A stretch of DNA of 64,000 nt from NCBI GenBank assembly GCA_964035545.1, contig OZ037767.1, positions 10,178,581-10,242,580 on the forward strand, written 5' to 3'. The notes below the pieces were generated by a model that was not told the DNA's origin, made no database searches, and saw nothing but the letters and a program-made list of their open reading frames with translations. The stretch is from Bugula neritina. Lineage: Eukaryota; Animalia; Bryozoa. Both the position numbers and the translations under genes were made by a program. Below are positions 22,225 to 35,369 of the stretch, piece by piece (the stretch's first letter is position 1; every line of letters starts with the position of its first letter).

Positions 22225-24869
22225 ACAGTACCTCAGTCCACAACAATTTTCCGCCAATAAGATCGATTATAACAAACTTAGAAAGAAAATAATTGTGATT
22301 GAGTAGATTGAAGCCTTTTTAAGGAGCTAAAATATTATAGTAAAATATTTAAGTCAATGTGTCAAAATATGTTTTCAACAGAACTGAACTTGCATATCTA
22401 CCTATTTAAAGTCTGCTGGAAATTACTTTTAAACTGAGGTGTTGACAAGTATTCTGTCATAGAACTTAGAATATTGTTGTATTCATGCAATATTTATATT
22501 CCATCAGCATATAATTTTATCATAATAATATTATGCTATGTATTATGGAATATACATTTGTGTTTGAATGAATTGACTTATACGATAACCATAATTGAGT
22601 TAGCACTTTTATAGAGCAACACTCCAGTGTTTCTTGCGTCTAGACTTACAAAAAAGCAATTCAACCTATAATGTATGTTTGTTTGTACTAAAACTCATTG
22701 CAATATACATACAGTGTATTTTGGAACAAGCACTGTACCTGACATTATTGTCTTTGTATTAAGTCTTTTTGCCCATGAGTTATACTTAATGGAGGTGAAT
22801 AAAGATATTTCTAGCAAACCAACAGTTATCAGGATTATCATACTGTATCTATATACACTATTATTAGGATACATGCAAGTTGTAGGGATATGTCCCTGGG
22901 TTTGAGTAAGGGTTTAACAATAACATTGTTTACCTTTAAACTTTCAAGATTTTACATGAAGCAGTGTGTAAGCATTTTCATAATTGTAGTATCTACAAAT
23001 ATCTTACAGCAAATATTTTACATGGAAGCCTTTTTGCACTCTATTATTGTGAACTGACAACTCACATTGTACCATAATGCCAGTCTGTTATATGTAGCCT
23101 AATAGTATAGATTATATAGATTGAAATAAGCCAAAGTTTTACATTGCTTAACAATGATAAGCAATTAATAATGACTTTACAAATATTTAGCAATTTTTTT
23201 TTCATATATATCTTCTATTTTGAAAATGAGCAGCAATTATAGTGATCAAATTATTATAGAGTATATTATAACAGCTATTTAACTATACACACACAAACTC
23301 GCACACATGCAAGCACATTATGTTAGTTTATACTGAAAAATCATTGCTTTTTACTATATCAAGTAATAAAGACATGTTGAAATAGCAATACATATGTAGG
23401 TTATTTAAAATATTTAATTTGTCTCTCAAAATAGTTTAATTACACCCAATAATTTGAAGTGAAAATGCTTAAAAAACCCAAACAACAGATTATAATTGTT
23501 AGTTTTGTAGTATTCCATCAAAGTTGCATAACTAACAACATTTTTCAAAATCAATTAACTTGGATGCTATAAAATTGAACGTGAATCAGACCCATGCTGA
23601 ATGGCAGATGGAATTGAACATTTAATTATAATCCTACATAGAAATACTGATACAAGTGTGTGTAAATGGCTATATAAATAAGAACTATATAGTTTCCATA
23701 TGAAAACATGCAAATGCAAGCTAATAGTTAGAGCTCTTATATTCTAAAGATTAATTTCATAGGAAATTGTATTGTAACAATACTCTTTCAAAAATATAAT
23801 ATTAATGCAGGTAAATTGTTAACATTAAAGACAATATTATAGGATATTGTAAAGTGGTGACAAGAAATAAACGCGATATTATAGTAAGAGTTGTCATCTA
23901 TTCACGAGTCTATTTTATACGTAAACATTCCTTTTTGCACGGAGTGCGTTTCCGTAGAAAAAAAATCGTATTTATGTTGAAATCATTGTTCTGAAGTGAG
24001 TGTATTACATTTCCTTTTCATTTTCCTTTACATGTACTAAGTCTAATATTAATGTTATTAGTATTAGTGTTACTAATACAGTAATAGGATTAGACTAGTA
24101 ATTATAAGTATTGCTATAGTATAAGTATAACATTATGATTAACTATAGTATTACTATTAGTTATACTAATACTAATACATTTACTAATACAGTAATAGTA
24201 ATAGTATACTAATACTAATAGTAATACTATTACTATTAGTAATAGTAATAGTTACTCAGTATTATAATTAATATTATAGTTTATTTATAATAAATGTAAT
24301 CTTATACTCAAACTTATACTTATAGTTATAGTTATATTTATACCAACTCTAAGACCAAATAGAAATATAATGTAAATGTTCATATTGATATTATACCTCT
24401 AGGCTCTAAACTATAGGGTATAGACTATGACTATCTGTATCACTATGACTATAGAGTATAGACTATAGAGTATCAGAATGAGTATAATTATACTAATATT
24501 TATTGTCATTCAAATTGTCATTGTGAATTCTCACTTTGTGGGATGCTGTAATAGTGGTTGAGTCACTTGAATGTTTTTAATTCTTGTGACTGTGAGGGAA
24601 CAGTTTAGACATAAGCTTAAGCTACATACTTTTTAATTAAAGATTAAGCTCACCTTTTTGAAAAAGAATTAGAGTGACTCTTGGCCTGTAAAATGAAAAT
24701 CTCTTATAATTGTGACTTGCATAAACTATTTAATTTTATGTTTACAGATAATTGGTTTTATTTGAAAATACTTTTACCAACACTAAACTATGGCTCATCG
24801 TAGTGCTTCAAGCAGCTAGTAAAATTAAGTGCGCACTTCCTTCTGCAGGTAAATGACGTATTCATAAGC

Positions 24870-27800
24870 ATGTCCTCTCCTGAAGTAGAGAAGTTTGAGA
24901 TCACCGACTATGACTATGAAAATGAGTTTAATATAAACAGACCTCAGCGTAGACAAACCAAAAACCAAGCCATCTATGGTTCATTTGCTGGCGATTCAGA
25001 TGATGAGGGAGAGTCTAGGCCTAGTTTTGGAGGGTATGTTGCAGTTCAACTCATAGGAAATAGTATTACAGTATATTTACCTTGCATAAGTAATAATGAG
25101 AAATCAAATTCTGTACTCAGTCACTGGTGATTGTGACTTGATAAACCAAATTGAGTTGTGCAGAAAAACATGCAATGGTTTGTATTTAGCATAAAACATA
25201 TTTAAAGCTTCTTGAAAAGTTTTATGCTACAGAATGTATCATCTAGTATAGTTTTAGTTAATATATTTGTGTTGTTTTCCTAAATTGCTATAATGTAAAC
25301 ATGTCTTAGATAGCTGAAACAGACACGTTAATGTTTAACATTCAGTCAATTAATTGCATCTGTGATTTGGTAGTGGTCGGAATTCGTACGCCTCCGGCAT
25401 CAGTTTTGTCAGCGGTGGACTGAAGAAATCAGCGGAAGATGAAGCTGCCGAGTCATCAAAAAAGGAAGTGGAAAGTGAAAACGTTGACGATTCCACAGAT
25501 CCTCTTCTGCAGACACAGTTTGGTCGGCCAAGACAGAAACGATCACATAAGAAGAGTGGGTTGTCTGCATCTGAAAGGTGTGAAGCTATTCATATCTCAA
25601 GTTACTATGTTTTCTTCTTTTTCATAAAACAAATGTTGTCTATATATATATGACGTGTGCTCTCAATTCAAGAGCTTTATTTAAAATATAAATTAGAGGT
25701 TTCATGTTTAATGTTGAAGTGTTTAGGATTAAACTGATATTACGATAGTCATCTTCAGAGTTGAAACTACCGTAACCATGGAGATATTAGTTAGCATCTA
25801 TTAGAATAATAATGAGATATTGTCTTAGTGTGTAAAAACAAACTCTGCATAATACCTCTAGAAGTCTGTCTATATTATAACTTCTAGCATTATCTCTATG
25901 TTGTATCTACAGAATCGGGGACTGGGAGAAACATACGAATAAGATTGGTTCTACTTTACTTTTAAAAATGGGTTATAAACCCGGGGAAGGTCTTGGGAAA
26001 GATGGCAGGGGCATAGCCACACCCGTGGAAGCTAAACTTAGGCGTGGTAAAGGAGCTATTGGTAAGATTTGTGCGGCACATTTCACCACAATCGTGTTAA
26101 TATGTAAATATTCAATTTTTTCACTAGATAACTAGCAACTTGGTGTGAAAGATTGTATGTATGTAGGTTACTGTGGTACTCTATGGTATATATGTAGGTT
26201 ACTATGGTACTCTATGGTATATGTGTAGGTTACTATGGTACTCTATGGTATATATGTAGGTTACTATGGTACTCTATGGTATATATGTAGGTTACTATGG
26301 TACTCTATGGTATATATGTAGGTTACTATGGTACTCTATGGTATATATGTAGGTTACTATGGTACTCTATGGTATATATGTAGGTTACTATGGTACTCTA
26401 TGGTATATATGTAGGTTACTGTGGTACTCTATGGTATGTATGTAGGTTACTATGGTACTCTATGGTATATATGTACGTTACTATGGTACTCTATGGTATA
26501 TATGTACGTTACTATGGTACTCTATGGTATATATGTAGGTTACTATGGTACTCTATGGTATGTATGTAGGTTACTATGGTATATATGTAGGTTACTGTGG
26601 TACTCTATGGTATATATGTATGTTACTATGGTACTCTATGGTATGTATGAAGGTTATTATGGTACTCTATGGTATATATGTAGGTTACTATGGTACTCTA
26701 TGGTATATATGTATGTTACTATGCTACTCTATGGTATGTATGTAGGTTACTATGGTACTCTATGGTATGTATGTAGGTTTCTACGGCTCAGAACGGACAG
26801 AAAGGTCCCTCGTAGACTTTCCTGTAAAAGATGATGATGCGGAAGAAGAAAAGAAGTTTAATGAGGAGTTGAATAGATGGAAACGCACCGAGACTGGTTG
26901 GTTTGGTCAATGTATTTCGCTTCCCATTTTGTAGATTTTTCTTTAGTTATAAATACGCACAGGCACACTAATGCATAGTGCCCATAGATAGACGAAGTTT
27001 CATTGGTTTAGAATTTTGAGATGAAAAATTGAGTCATGTCGCATTGAATTGACCTGCAGAAGTGATTGGAATGCATCTTGTCTAATGAACTGATACACTA
27101 GAAATTTCAAATTCTCTAACCAACTCTCATTGCTTTCCCAGTACAAATGTGATTGTTAATAAACATGTTTGTTCATTTAATAATGGACTAATCTTGCTGT
27201 TTTATCAACAAATAAACTGACAGGTAAAATCTCAGCACATGACTGACCCACCAACCTTGTAGCTGTTATGTTTAGCAAATGGCTTACAAATTGTAATACA
27301 TACCTGTTCCATGTATTTGTCACCCTCACACCTACTGTATGTATAAACAATTCTAATAGACTGGTTTGCATGTTATTATAAAGGGAAAAAGAAGCCAGTG
27401 TACGTTTATAAGACGGCCGATCAGTTGATTGCCAAAGGAAGCTCTAAAAAGAAAGTAAAGGAACATGACAAATCCAAGCATGCTCAGGTGAAGGTCATTG
27501 ACATGACGGGAAAAGAGCAACGAGTGTTAACAGGTAATAAATGTTTAAATAGCAGCATGTCATCATCAGGAGCGTTATAGATGATAGGTTCTATAATCTA
27601 TATGCTTTGTATTATATGACTGGTTTATATGTTGAACTATAAGTAGTGTGAATATTGAAACTTTTTTTATTTTTAAAGCTTAATATACATGTACGTATAG
27701 ATGAGCCATCTTTTATACAAGACAAAATGTAGTACATTTAAACAACAAAAATTACAAGTCTTTATTCTCTGGAAAAAATTCTTTTAAAATTTTTCATTGA

Positions 27801-30800
27801 AATCATGGAAGATTTTGTTATTGTGTGACATTCAGTAATTTACAGATAGTACAAAATTTATCTGTTTAAAATGACAATCTTTCTATGTTATGTATTTTTA
27901 TCGTTTTGAATCTGTGAATATTGTTCTGCTGTTTGTATGGCTGTCTGTGTGTGTCAGGGTATCACGCTATCTCTACCAAGAAACACGATTCTGAGGAAGA
28001 AGCCGAGTCGTATGCCGAGTACAAGGAGGGACAAAAAGCGTTTGACATGCCGGAACTCCTTCACAACATCAACATGATCATAGACATGTCCGAGGAGGAG
28101 ATAATTACCAAGGACAGACAACTCCGGTGAATTTTCTCTCAACTTTCTCTTTCAACCAATCAATACATTGTTTGTTTGCTATATTTAATCACAATTCAAA
28201 AGAATATATATATTTGAAAAAAGCTATAAATGCCAGGGCTCTATGGCGCAATAGCACTATAGCTAGTAGGCCATGAATGGTTGACAGCCAGTAAAAAAAA
28301 CTTTACTAAATGGGTTTAACTTCAATAGTCAATTTAAGTCTTAGTTTCAAATTCAGCAATTTGCATTTGCCGTTAAATAGCTTCTCAGTTGACGTTTAAA
28401 ACCAGCCTCCCCTTCACAGCGCAAACGCTGGAACTCAACTCACCTATCTGCTTTGTTCCTTGTGACTTATACGTCATGCTTTCTGCTGGACTATTGCAGG
28501 TATGAGCGAGACCTGACTGTGAACATGGAGCACGAGTGCGGGAGGCTGGAGAAGCTCTGCTCTCAGGAGTCCCAGCAGATTGACCGTCTCACTCAGGTCC
28601 TCAATCTACTCAACACCTTCGAGGAGCGAACTAAGCCCGGCGCTCAGCAGCCCCTGGGTCTTGAGGAGTGTGTCAAGTTGTTTACTCAACTTCAGGTACA
28701 CTGACTTGATAGATACTCTGGGATACGCTATAGCTTGATACTATACTCTAGAGTTTAGAGTTTAGACTCTAGAGTATACATAATACATTATATATAATAG
28801 AGTATATATTACATTCTATATAGTATATATTACATTATACATTGTATATGTAATAGAGTATAATATACTCTATTACATATATAATTCAATATATACTCTA
28901 AAATATATAATGTAATCATTACATTGTAATGTATAACATAATATATATTCACATATGTAAACTCTATAACAGGGCTGTCCAACAGGCCGAATGTCACCCC
29001 TATCCTACTTTTACATTATATGTAATATAGTATATACTGCACTATATATATTAGTAAGTAAGTAGAGTTTATATTACTTTATATATATTAGAGTATATAT
29101 AAGAGACTATATAGGTACACTATGTACGTGCGTGTGTAACATAACATAGCAGGCATCATGGTTTTGTAGGAAGAGTATTTCGAGGAATACAAGCAATATG
29201 ATTTAGTCACTCTCTCCATTGCTGTTGTATTTCCTTTGGTAAAGAAGTACTTTGCTGGCTGGCAACCTCTCACACACCCTTCATTTGGTTAGTAGCAACA
29301 CAAAACTATAAGTAATATTTAAACTTCACTCTTTCATATGCAGGACTAACAAAGCCTGTGAATATAACATATTGCATTATGACTAAATTATTCCACTCTG
29401 TCTCTACACTACAAGTATATTTGTTTATGATGTATGACTTTGAATAATTTCTGAAGCATGTTTATTTCTTGTAAAAGTATGTAGGTTTGCAGATTCCTAT
29501 AATTTACCTTAACTTTTTTGGCAAGTACTTAGTTGATGAATTTCTGCATAACGGCATGTATGTAAACTTATGTAGCTCCTTGACACTATCTAGTCTTGAG
29601 ACTATAATATAGTCTTGAAATTATATAGCCTTAGGACTACTATTCTATAGCCAAGACTGTTTTATCAGGTTGTGATATGATACGAAAGTGGAAAGCCATC
29701 TTGGATGTGGATCGAAGGCAGGGGGATAGCACGGCCACCCACAACGCCTACTCTAAGCTTATCTGGGATGTGTGGATGCCCATAGTTAGAACAGCTATAA
29801 GGTGAACGCATTGCAAGTCAAAGTCTTCCTTTTTAGTTTTAAAATTCATGGCATATGGAATTTAAGCATGTAACTTTAGTTTATTGCACCTGTTGCTGTT
29901 ATGTTAGAACTCTTTCAAACTTATAGTTTTACATCTGTCACTGTAACCGATGCATACATTTCATGCTGTGACTTGAGACATACACTTGTTGCCATAACTG
30001 AATTGTTTTGGCCCTTCAATATAAGAGGTTCATTTAGTCTAATTCTGGCCAACTGCTGTATTGTGAAATTGAGTAGATTTTAGTTTTTTGTGTGAAATTT
30101 ATTACCCAGTTATTGAATTGTCTTTTCTGGTGAATTCAGCAGTAAGTATAATATATACAATTATTTATACGCTGCAATAACCATAGTAATGACGTGCATG
30201 TAGCCACTGGAACACTCGAAATGCTGATGCACTGATAGAAGTGTTGGAGCACTGGATGCCTCTACTTCCTCCTTGGATGTTCCAGAACATTCTAAACCAA
30301 CTAATCAATCCCAAACTGCAGATGGAGGTGGATAATTGGAACCCCCTGACCGACACTGTGCCCATACATGCTTGGCTACACCCCTGGCTGCCACTGATGG
30401 GTATGCTCACAGCCCATTGCTGTTTACTAACTTGTTAGCTTCAGTCATAGCATTACTAAGCTGCCTTAAGTAAGGGCTATATGTATGTCCCCATTTGGAT
30501 GATGTAATATGCTGGGGTAAATTCAAGCTAACAAATTGCTCAATTCAACTGTGAATATTTTTTTACACCATCTTTTTTGGATTTTGTACAAGCTTTAGTT
30601 TTAGCAGTGAGCATTTTCTTAACTTTCAAAGTTTTAAAGCATTTTCTTAGTAGAACCAAACATTTACATTTCAAAGCTGGATGTTGTTCTGTGATTATTA
30701 AAACTGTGCAGGATAATACTTTTTATAATAAGTTGAGTGTCAGGCCAAAAAATAGATATTTTAGTTGTGTTTTTTGGCCAAATTATAAATATATCTAGCA

Positions 30801-33800
30801 GAAAGTTTGAAGTCAGATTATTCCTACTGTTGCCCTAATTATCATAATATTACATATATAATAATAGTAATGAAATAATAATACACCTATTACACTTAAC
30901 TATTATGCTAATATTATGCATTGTAATAATTTTATTATAACTATTATATTAATATTACTCATTAATTATTACAATTATTGTAATAATATGAGACATATTA
31001 TACTACATTACAACAATTATGTTACAATGTTATTATATATTTCTCAACTAATTATTACAACTATTATAATCTTATGCGTATTACACACAACTAATATTAT
31101 ATTACAATGCTGTTATCTATTTCCCAGGATCTAGACTGGAGCACCTGTGGGCACCTATAAGACAGAAGCTATCCACAGCTCTCAGTAAATGGCATCCGTC
31201 AGATATATCTGCCATGCTGATGCTCAAACCCTGGGTTAATGTGTTCTCTGCTGGGCATATGGAGGCCTTCCTGTCTAAAAACATCCTTCCTAAGTTAGCC
31301 GACTGTCTGCAGGAACTAGTGATAAATCCAGCCAATCAAACCATGGGTGAGTAATAAATCCAGCCAATCAAATCATGGGTGAGTGTCTTGAATCTATAAT
31401 AGTGATTTTTTCAGGATAAAAGGCATTCATACCATTACAATTCCAAACTGAGTGGTTTGGACATAATCATAATAAGTTTATATTTGATAAGACAACTTGT
31501 TATTTAAGTTTACAACATATCTCAGTTTAAGTAGAACATTCTCTTTGTACCAAGAAGTTGTATAGTCACTTGATATAATTCAAATGATTTAATAAGGCAT
31601 TTATTACATATCAGCTATGGGAGAGTTAAGCATGCTGCAAGCATATATCCTAGAGCAGACCAGTTTATCCTTGGATGTAGAGTTAATTTCTTCTACCTAT
31701 CATAAATTCATTTGCAGCCATTGCTCAATAAATTAATAGAATCATATTTTTTTACTCACAGCTATTATAATAAGCTAGAAATGATTGCTTTATATAAGCA
31801 CTAAGCAGTACATCAGTTCAACATTATTAGTCATTGTTTTATTTTTATTGATGCTCAGTGGTATTTGTTACAAAACTGTCTTAAACTGCATAAATTAAAG
31901 TATTGGCTCATCGGGCATAATGACAGTGGAGTTGTTATGAATCAGTGGTAAATATAAAGTTCATACTTCTTTTTGTAGAAGTGGTTTGGCATATTCTGAA
32001 AGCTTTCTGTGTAAAAATTCACGTATGTTTCTAATATGCTGTTTAGATAACTGGAAATGGGTGATGGCCTGGAAAGACTTAATCTCAGCCCAACTTCTGG
32101 TCACCCTCCTAGACCGATGTTTCTTCCGCCGCTGGTTGCAGACTTTGGTGAACTGGCTCAACACGTCCCCCAACTACCAGGAGGTTGGCGTTTGGTACAA
32201 GGGCTGGAAAACTGCTCTTCCAGAACATCTGATCAGTCACCCTCTTGTCAAAGGTTAGTCAGTTTCCAAATCTTACAACTTGTTGGTTTTCATGTTGTGC
32301 ATCGGTAAGGGTTAGCCACTTGCATTGCTTTGATGCATGCAATTCATATAAATTTTCTATTTCATACACATAACATGGTGGCTGTGGTTCTGGTTGGAAT
32401 AGTGGTGGTTAGAGTAGTGGTGCAGTCACAGCTGGGTGTCAGTACTCAGTAGTACATACATTTATTTGTACTACTGACTGTGTACTAACTAAATATTCAT
32501 AGTACTCTGTACTGACTCACTAGCCATAGTACTTTGTACTGACTTACTAGTCATAGTTCTCTGTGCTGACTTACTAGCCATAGTACTCTGGACTGACTCA
32601 CTAGCCATAGTACTTTGTACTGACTTACTAGTCATAGTACTCTGTGCTGACTCACTAGCCATAGTACTCTGTGCTGACTCACTAGCCATAGTACTCTGTG
32701 CTGACTCACTAGTCATAGTACTCTGTGCTGACTCACTAGTCATAGTACTCTGTACTGACTCACTAGCCATAGTACTCTGTACTGACTCACTAGTCATAGT
32801 ACTCTGTACTGACTCACTAGCCATAGTACTCTGTGCTGACTCACTAGTCATAGTACTCTGTGCTGACTCACTAGCCATAGTACTCTGTGCTGACTTACTA
32901 ATATTTATAGCATGACTTGTTGTATTTCAGAGCGACTGGCCCAGGCCTTGCAACTAATGAACTCTGCTGTTAGTAATCCAGATGTACCAGTGATAGCTCC
33001 TGCCAATCTCCTCTCTCAACCTCCTGCACCACCTATACCGCCCCCACCTATACCAGCACCACCTATACCTGGACAGCTCCCCCCACTCCTTTCCTCTATA
33101 TACGGGTTAGTAGGATGGCCCAAAGCACTGCCTTTAGGAATTGGATAGGCTTACTCTACTTTGTTATATGTTTTAATTATTCTGTGCAAAAATAGGAGCA
33201 GTGTTTTCAATACTAACCAGCTGTGCAGTTGCTGTAATTGTTGGTCACATGACTGGTAACATGACATTCATGGGATGTTTGGCTGTGATTTTGTAGGAAG
33301 AATGCTGATTTCTCGCGTCTTCCAGCACCGCCCCCACCCCCTCTTCCTCAATCCAAGAAAAAAGGAGTTAATGAGCCAATAGCTCCCCCACTGACTGGCG
33401 CTGGCTCCGTCCCTCACAGCTTTAAGGATCTTGTGGCTATGAAAGCTGCTGAAGAGAATCTCCAGTTCTTCCCTCTAGCTGGGAAGACGCATGAAGCTCG
33501 TCAGGTTTGTACATGTTTTGTACCAAAGTGTTTCTAGTAGTTGGTGTACATTTTTAGAAAAACTCAACTCATGCAAGTTTATAGTCGCCATCCCTGTGAG
33601 AAGCCCCTGATGAAAGGGTTTTTGGTCAATCAGGCTAAGGAATTATTCATATGTGGCACAGGAGTAATTGTGACTGGATGCTCTTCCTAACATCACCAAT
33701 GGCCTTTGTCAGGGCTCGAACCCATGACCTCGTGTTTATTAGGCAACCGCTCTAACCCCTAGACCACGGCTGCTCCCTTATATTTTTAGCTTCCTTTTGA

Positions 33801-34237
33801 TGATTTCGAGCACTTGTTGACTTGCAAGACTCTAAGATTATACAATAAATAGTTTACCTGTTTTCAACATAAAATGTTTTAACTACAACTATGAAGCTTC
33901 AACTACAACCAGTAATAGTTTCAAGTTATGACTTGTCCAACATTGAGAATGATTGAGAGTCGAATAAACTGAAACCATACTGTCGGAGACGAATAGTGTC
34001 CAGTGGATTGGAAAGTTAAATTTCTTGTTACAAACATGGACAGATGCAAAAATTATACATACATTCCAGGATATGTAATTTTAGCTAAAGAATATGTAGA
34101 CTATATAAATATGTTTGCAGGTTTACCAATGTGGCAGTGTGAATATATCCATTGACCGAGGAGTTATTTTCATGCAAGAAGGAGCTGGCTGGTGTCCTGT
34201 TTCCTTGAATCAGCTGTTCAAACGAGCCAAGGACTGA
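24870..34237 (+). CDS. TFIP11: Tuftelin-interacting protein 11 (Ntr1/Spp382 ortholog, spliceosome disassembly), 15 exons
   Basis: N-terminal [26 protein letters not shown]; G-patch [47 protein letters not shown] (25913-26061); [17 protein letters not shown]; PELLHNI; GCFC-domain [19 protein letters not shown] and WHPSDISA; last exon 34121-34237. Confidence 0.97.
26155..26776. repeat. 31-bp minisatellite, ~20 copies, ending exactly at a TFIP11 splice acceptor
   Basis: Unit GTATATATGTAGGTTACTATGGTACTCTATG. Confidence 0.95.
32498..32900. repeat. 27-bp minisatellite, ~15 copies, TFIP11 intron
   Basis: Unit CATAGTACTCTGTGCTGACTCACTAG(C/T); it explains ORF 32489..32878. Confidence 0.95.
33570..33777 (-). 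mobile_element. tRNA-derived SINE, Meta-domain-like
   Basis: The minus-strand head has an A box (TGGTCTAGGGGTTAG) and a B box (GGTTCGAGCCC), followed by CCATTGGTGATGTTAGGAAGAGCATCCAG, which resembles the GGAAGGGCATCC core of MetaSINEs. The 3' boundary is approximate. Confidence 0.7.
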
Positions 34238-35369
34238 TAGTAGCGTTCCTGTTTCATATTTTCTATGTCCAGAGCTGATATATCCTGATCCTGATGTCAT
34301 ATTTTATTGATTCAGTGAGTTTTGATACTGAGCTTAGTTTTTAAAGTATAAGGCACAATTCAGTTCATAAATTTTGTTTTTTTTTAATAATTAAAAAATG
34401 AATATAACAAATAAATTGATTGGTAACTCTATGGTTGTAACAATTTTCTTTGTCATTAGCATGTAGTTACAAAAATGATATTTACCCGTATTTTTCATTT
34501 ATGAACTAGAAATTGGTTTGTTATCTATTAAAACTTGTTGATATTGATGAAAAAATTTCAATTGTCCTTTTGTCTTAATTACCATGAACATCAGATTAGT
34601 TGCATCTATTGGACATGGTATATTGTGATGAAGAAGCTCAGATAATGAAGATTAAATAAGTCTGGCAGAGTATATTTTGTAAAATAACACACAGTAAGAT
34701 CATAAATAGGATATCAGAAATATAACTCATCTGTGTCATAAACATATTATTTTACATCACACCAAAAATAAACAGAGTGGGTCTGCTGGAAAGATTAAGT
34801 TTTATCTCTCAGTTGGACACTTCCAACTAACAATATAAGCAGGTAAACAGCAGTAACCTCTACTTAGCAACATCTAATGCAAATGCAATTTGCAGTTGGC
34901 TTTATGTCTGTAGAGGACAATGCACACCATGTGGTTACGTGCTCCATGTGGTTGTTTGGCACCTTTTTTGAAGCTTCTGAAATCAATTTCCTCGAAAGTT
35001 CATTTTTGTCGTCAATACTTTCCATTAGCACACAATAAATTGTATGCAGTCAACAGAAGCAGTGATGATTAGCTGTCTTATTAAAACCAATTCTTAGAAT
35101 CAAACTGAATGTTCCCTTATTTAGTGAGAAATTTAAAGCATCAAGAAATTTCTCAGATGAAATATTGTCATTAATAAATTGGTTAACAACTTAACTGTAA
35201 AGACAGTTAGCTTGTAGGCTGAACTGCCTTTCAAAAAGATCTAAAATGGTAAGTAAAAAGTAATTAAGATGATGACAAAGCTCTCAGTGTCACTAAGTAT
35301 TGAGCATTAATTAGTGGCTCTCACGAAGAGATTGGGAACTTGACATTTAGTCGCTTCCAACTCGAGTGA

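Noticed and set aside
26155-26776. Tandem arrays as CRISPR (also 10036, 32498, 45001, 53036, 61525)
   Set aside because: The repeats are head-to-tail with no unique spacers, there are no cas genes, and they sit in eukaryotic introns.
28970-29000. Complete hAT MITE
   Set aside because: Only a ~30-bp terminal remnant (CAGGGCTGTCCAACAGG) with no clear TSD.
32489-32878. 129-aa MASESAQST repeat protein
   Set aside because: It is the stop-free frame of a 27-bp intronic minisatellite, antisense to TFIP11.
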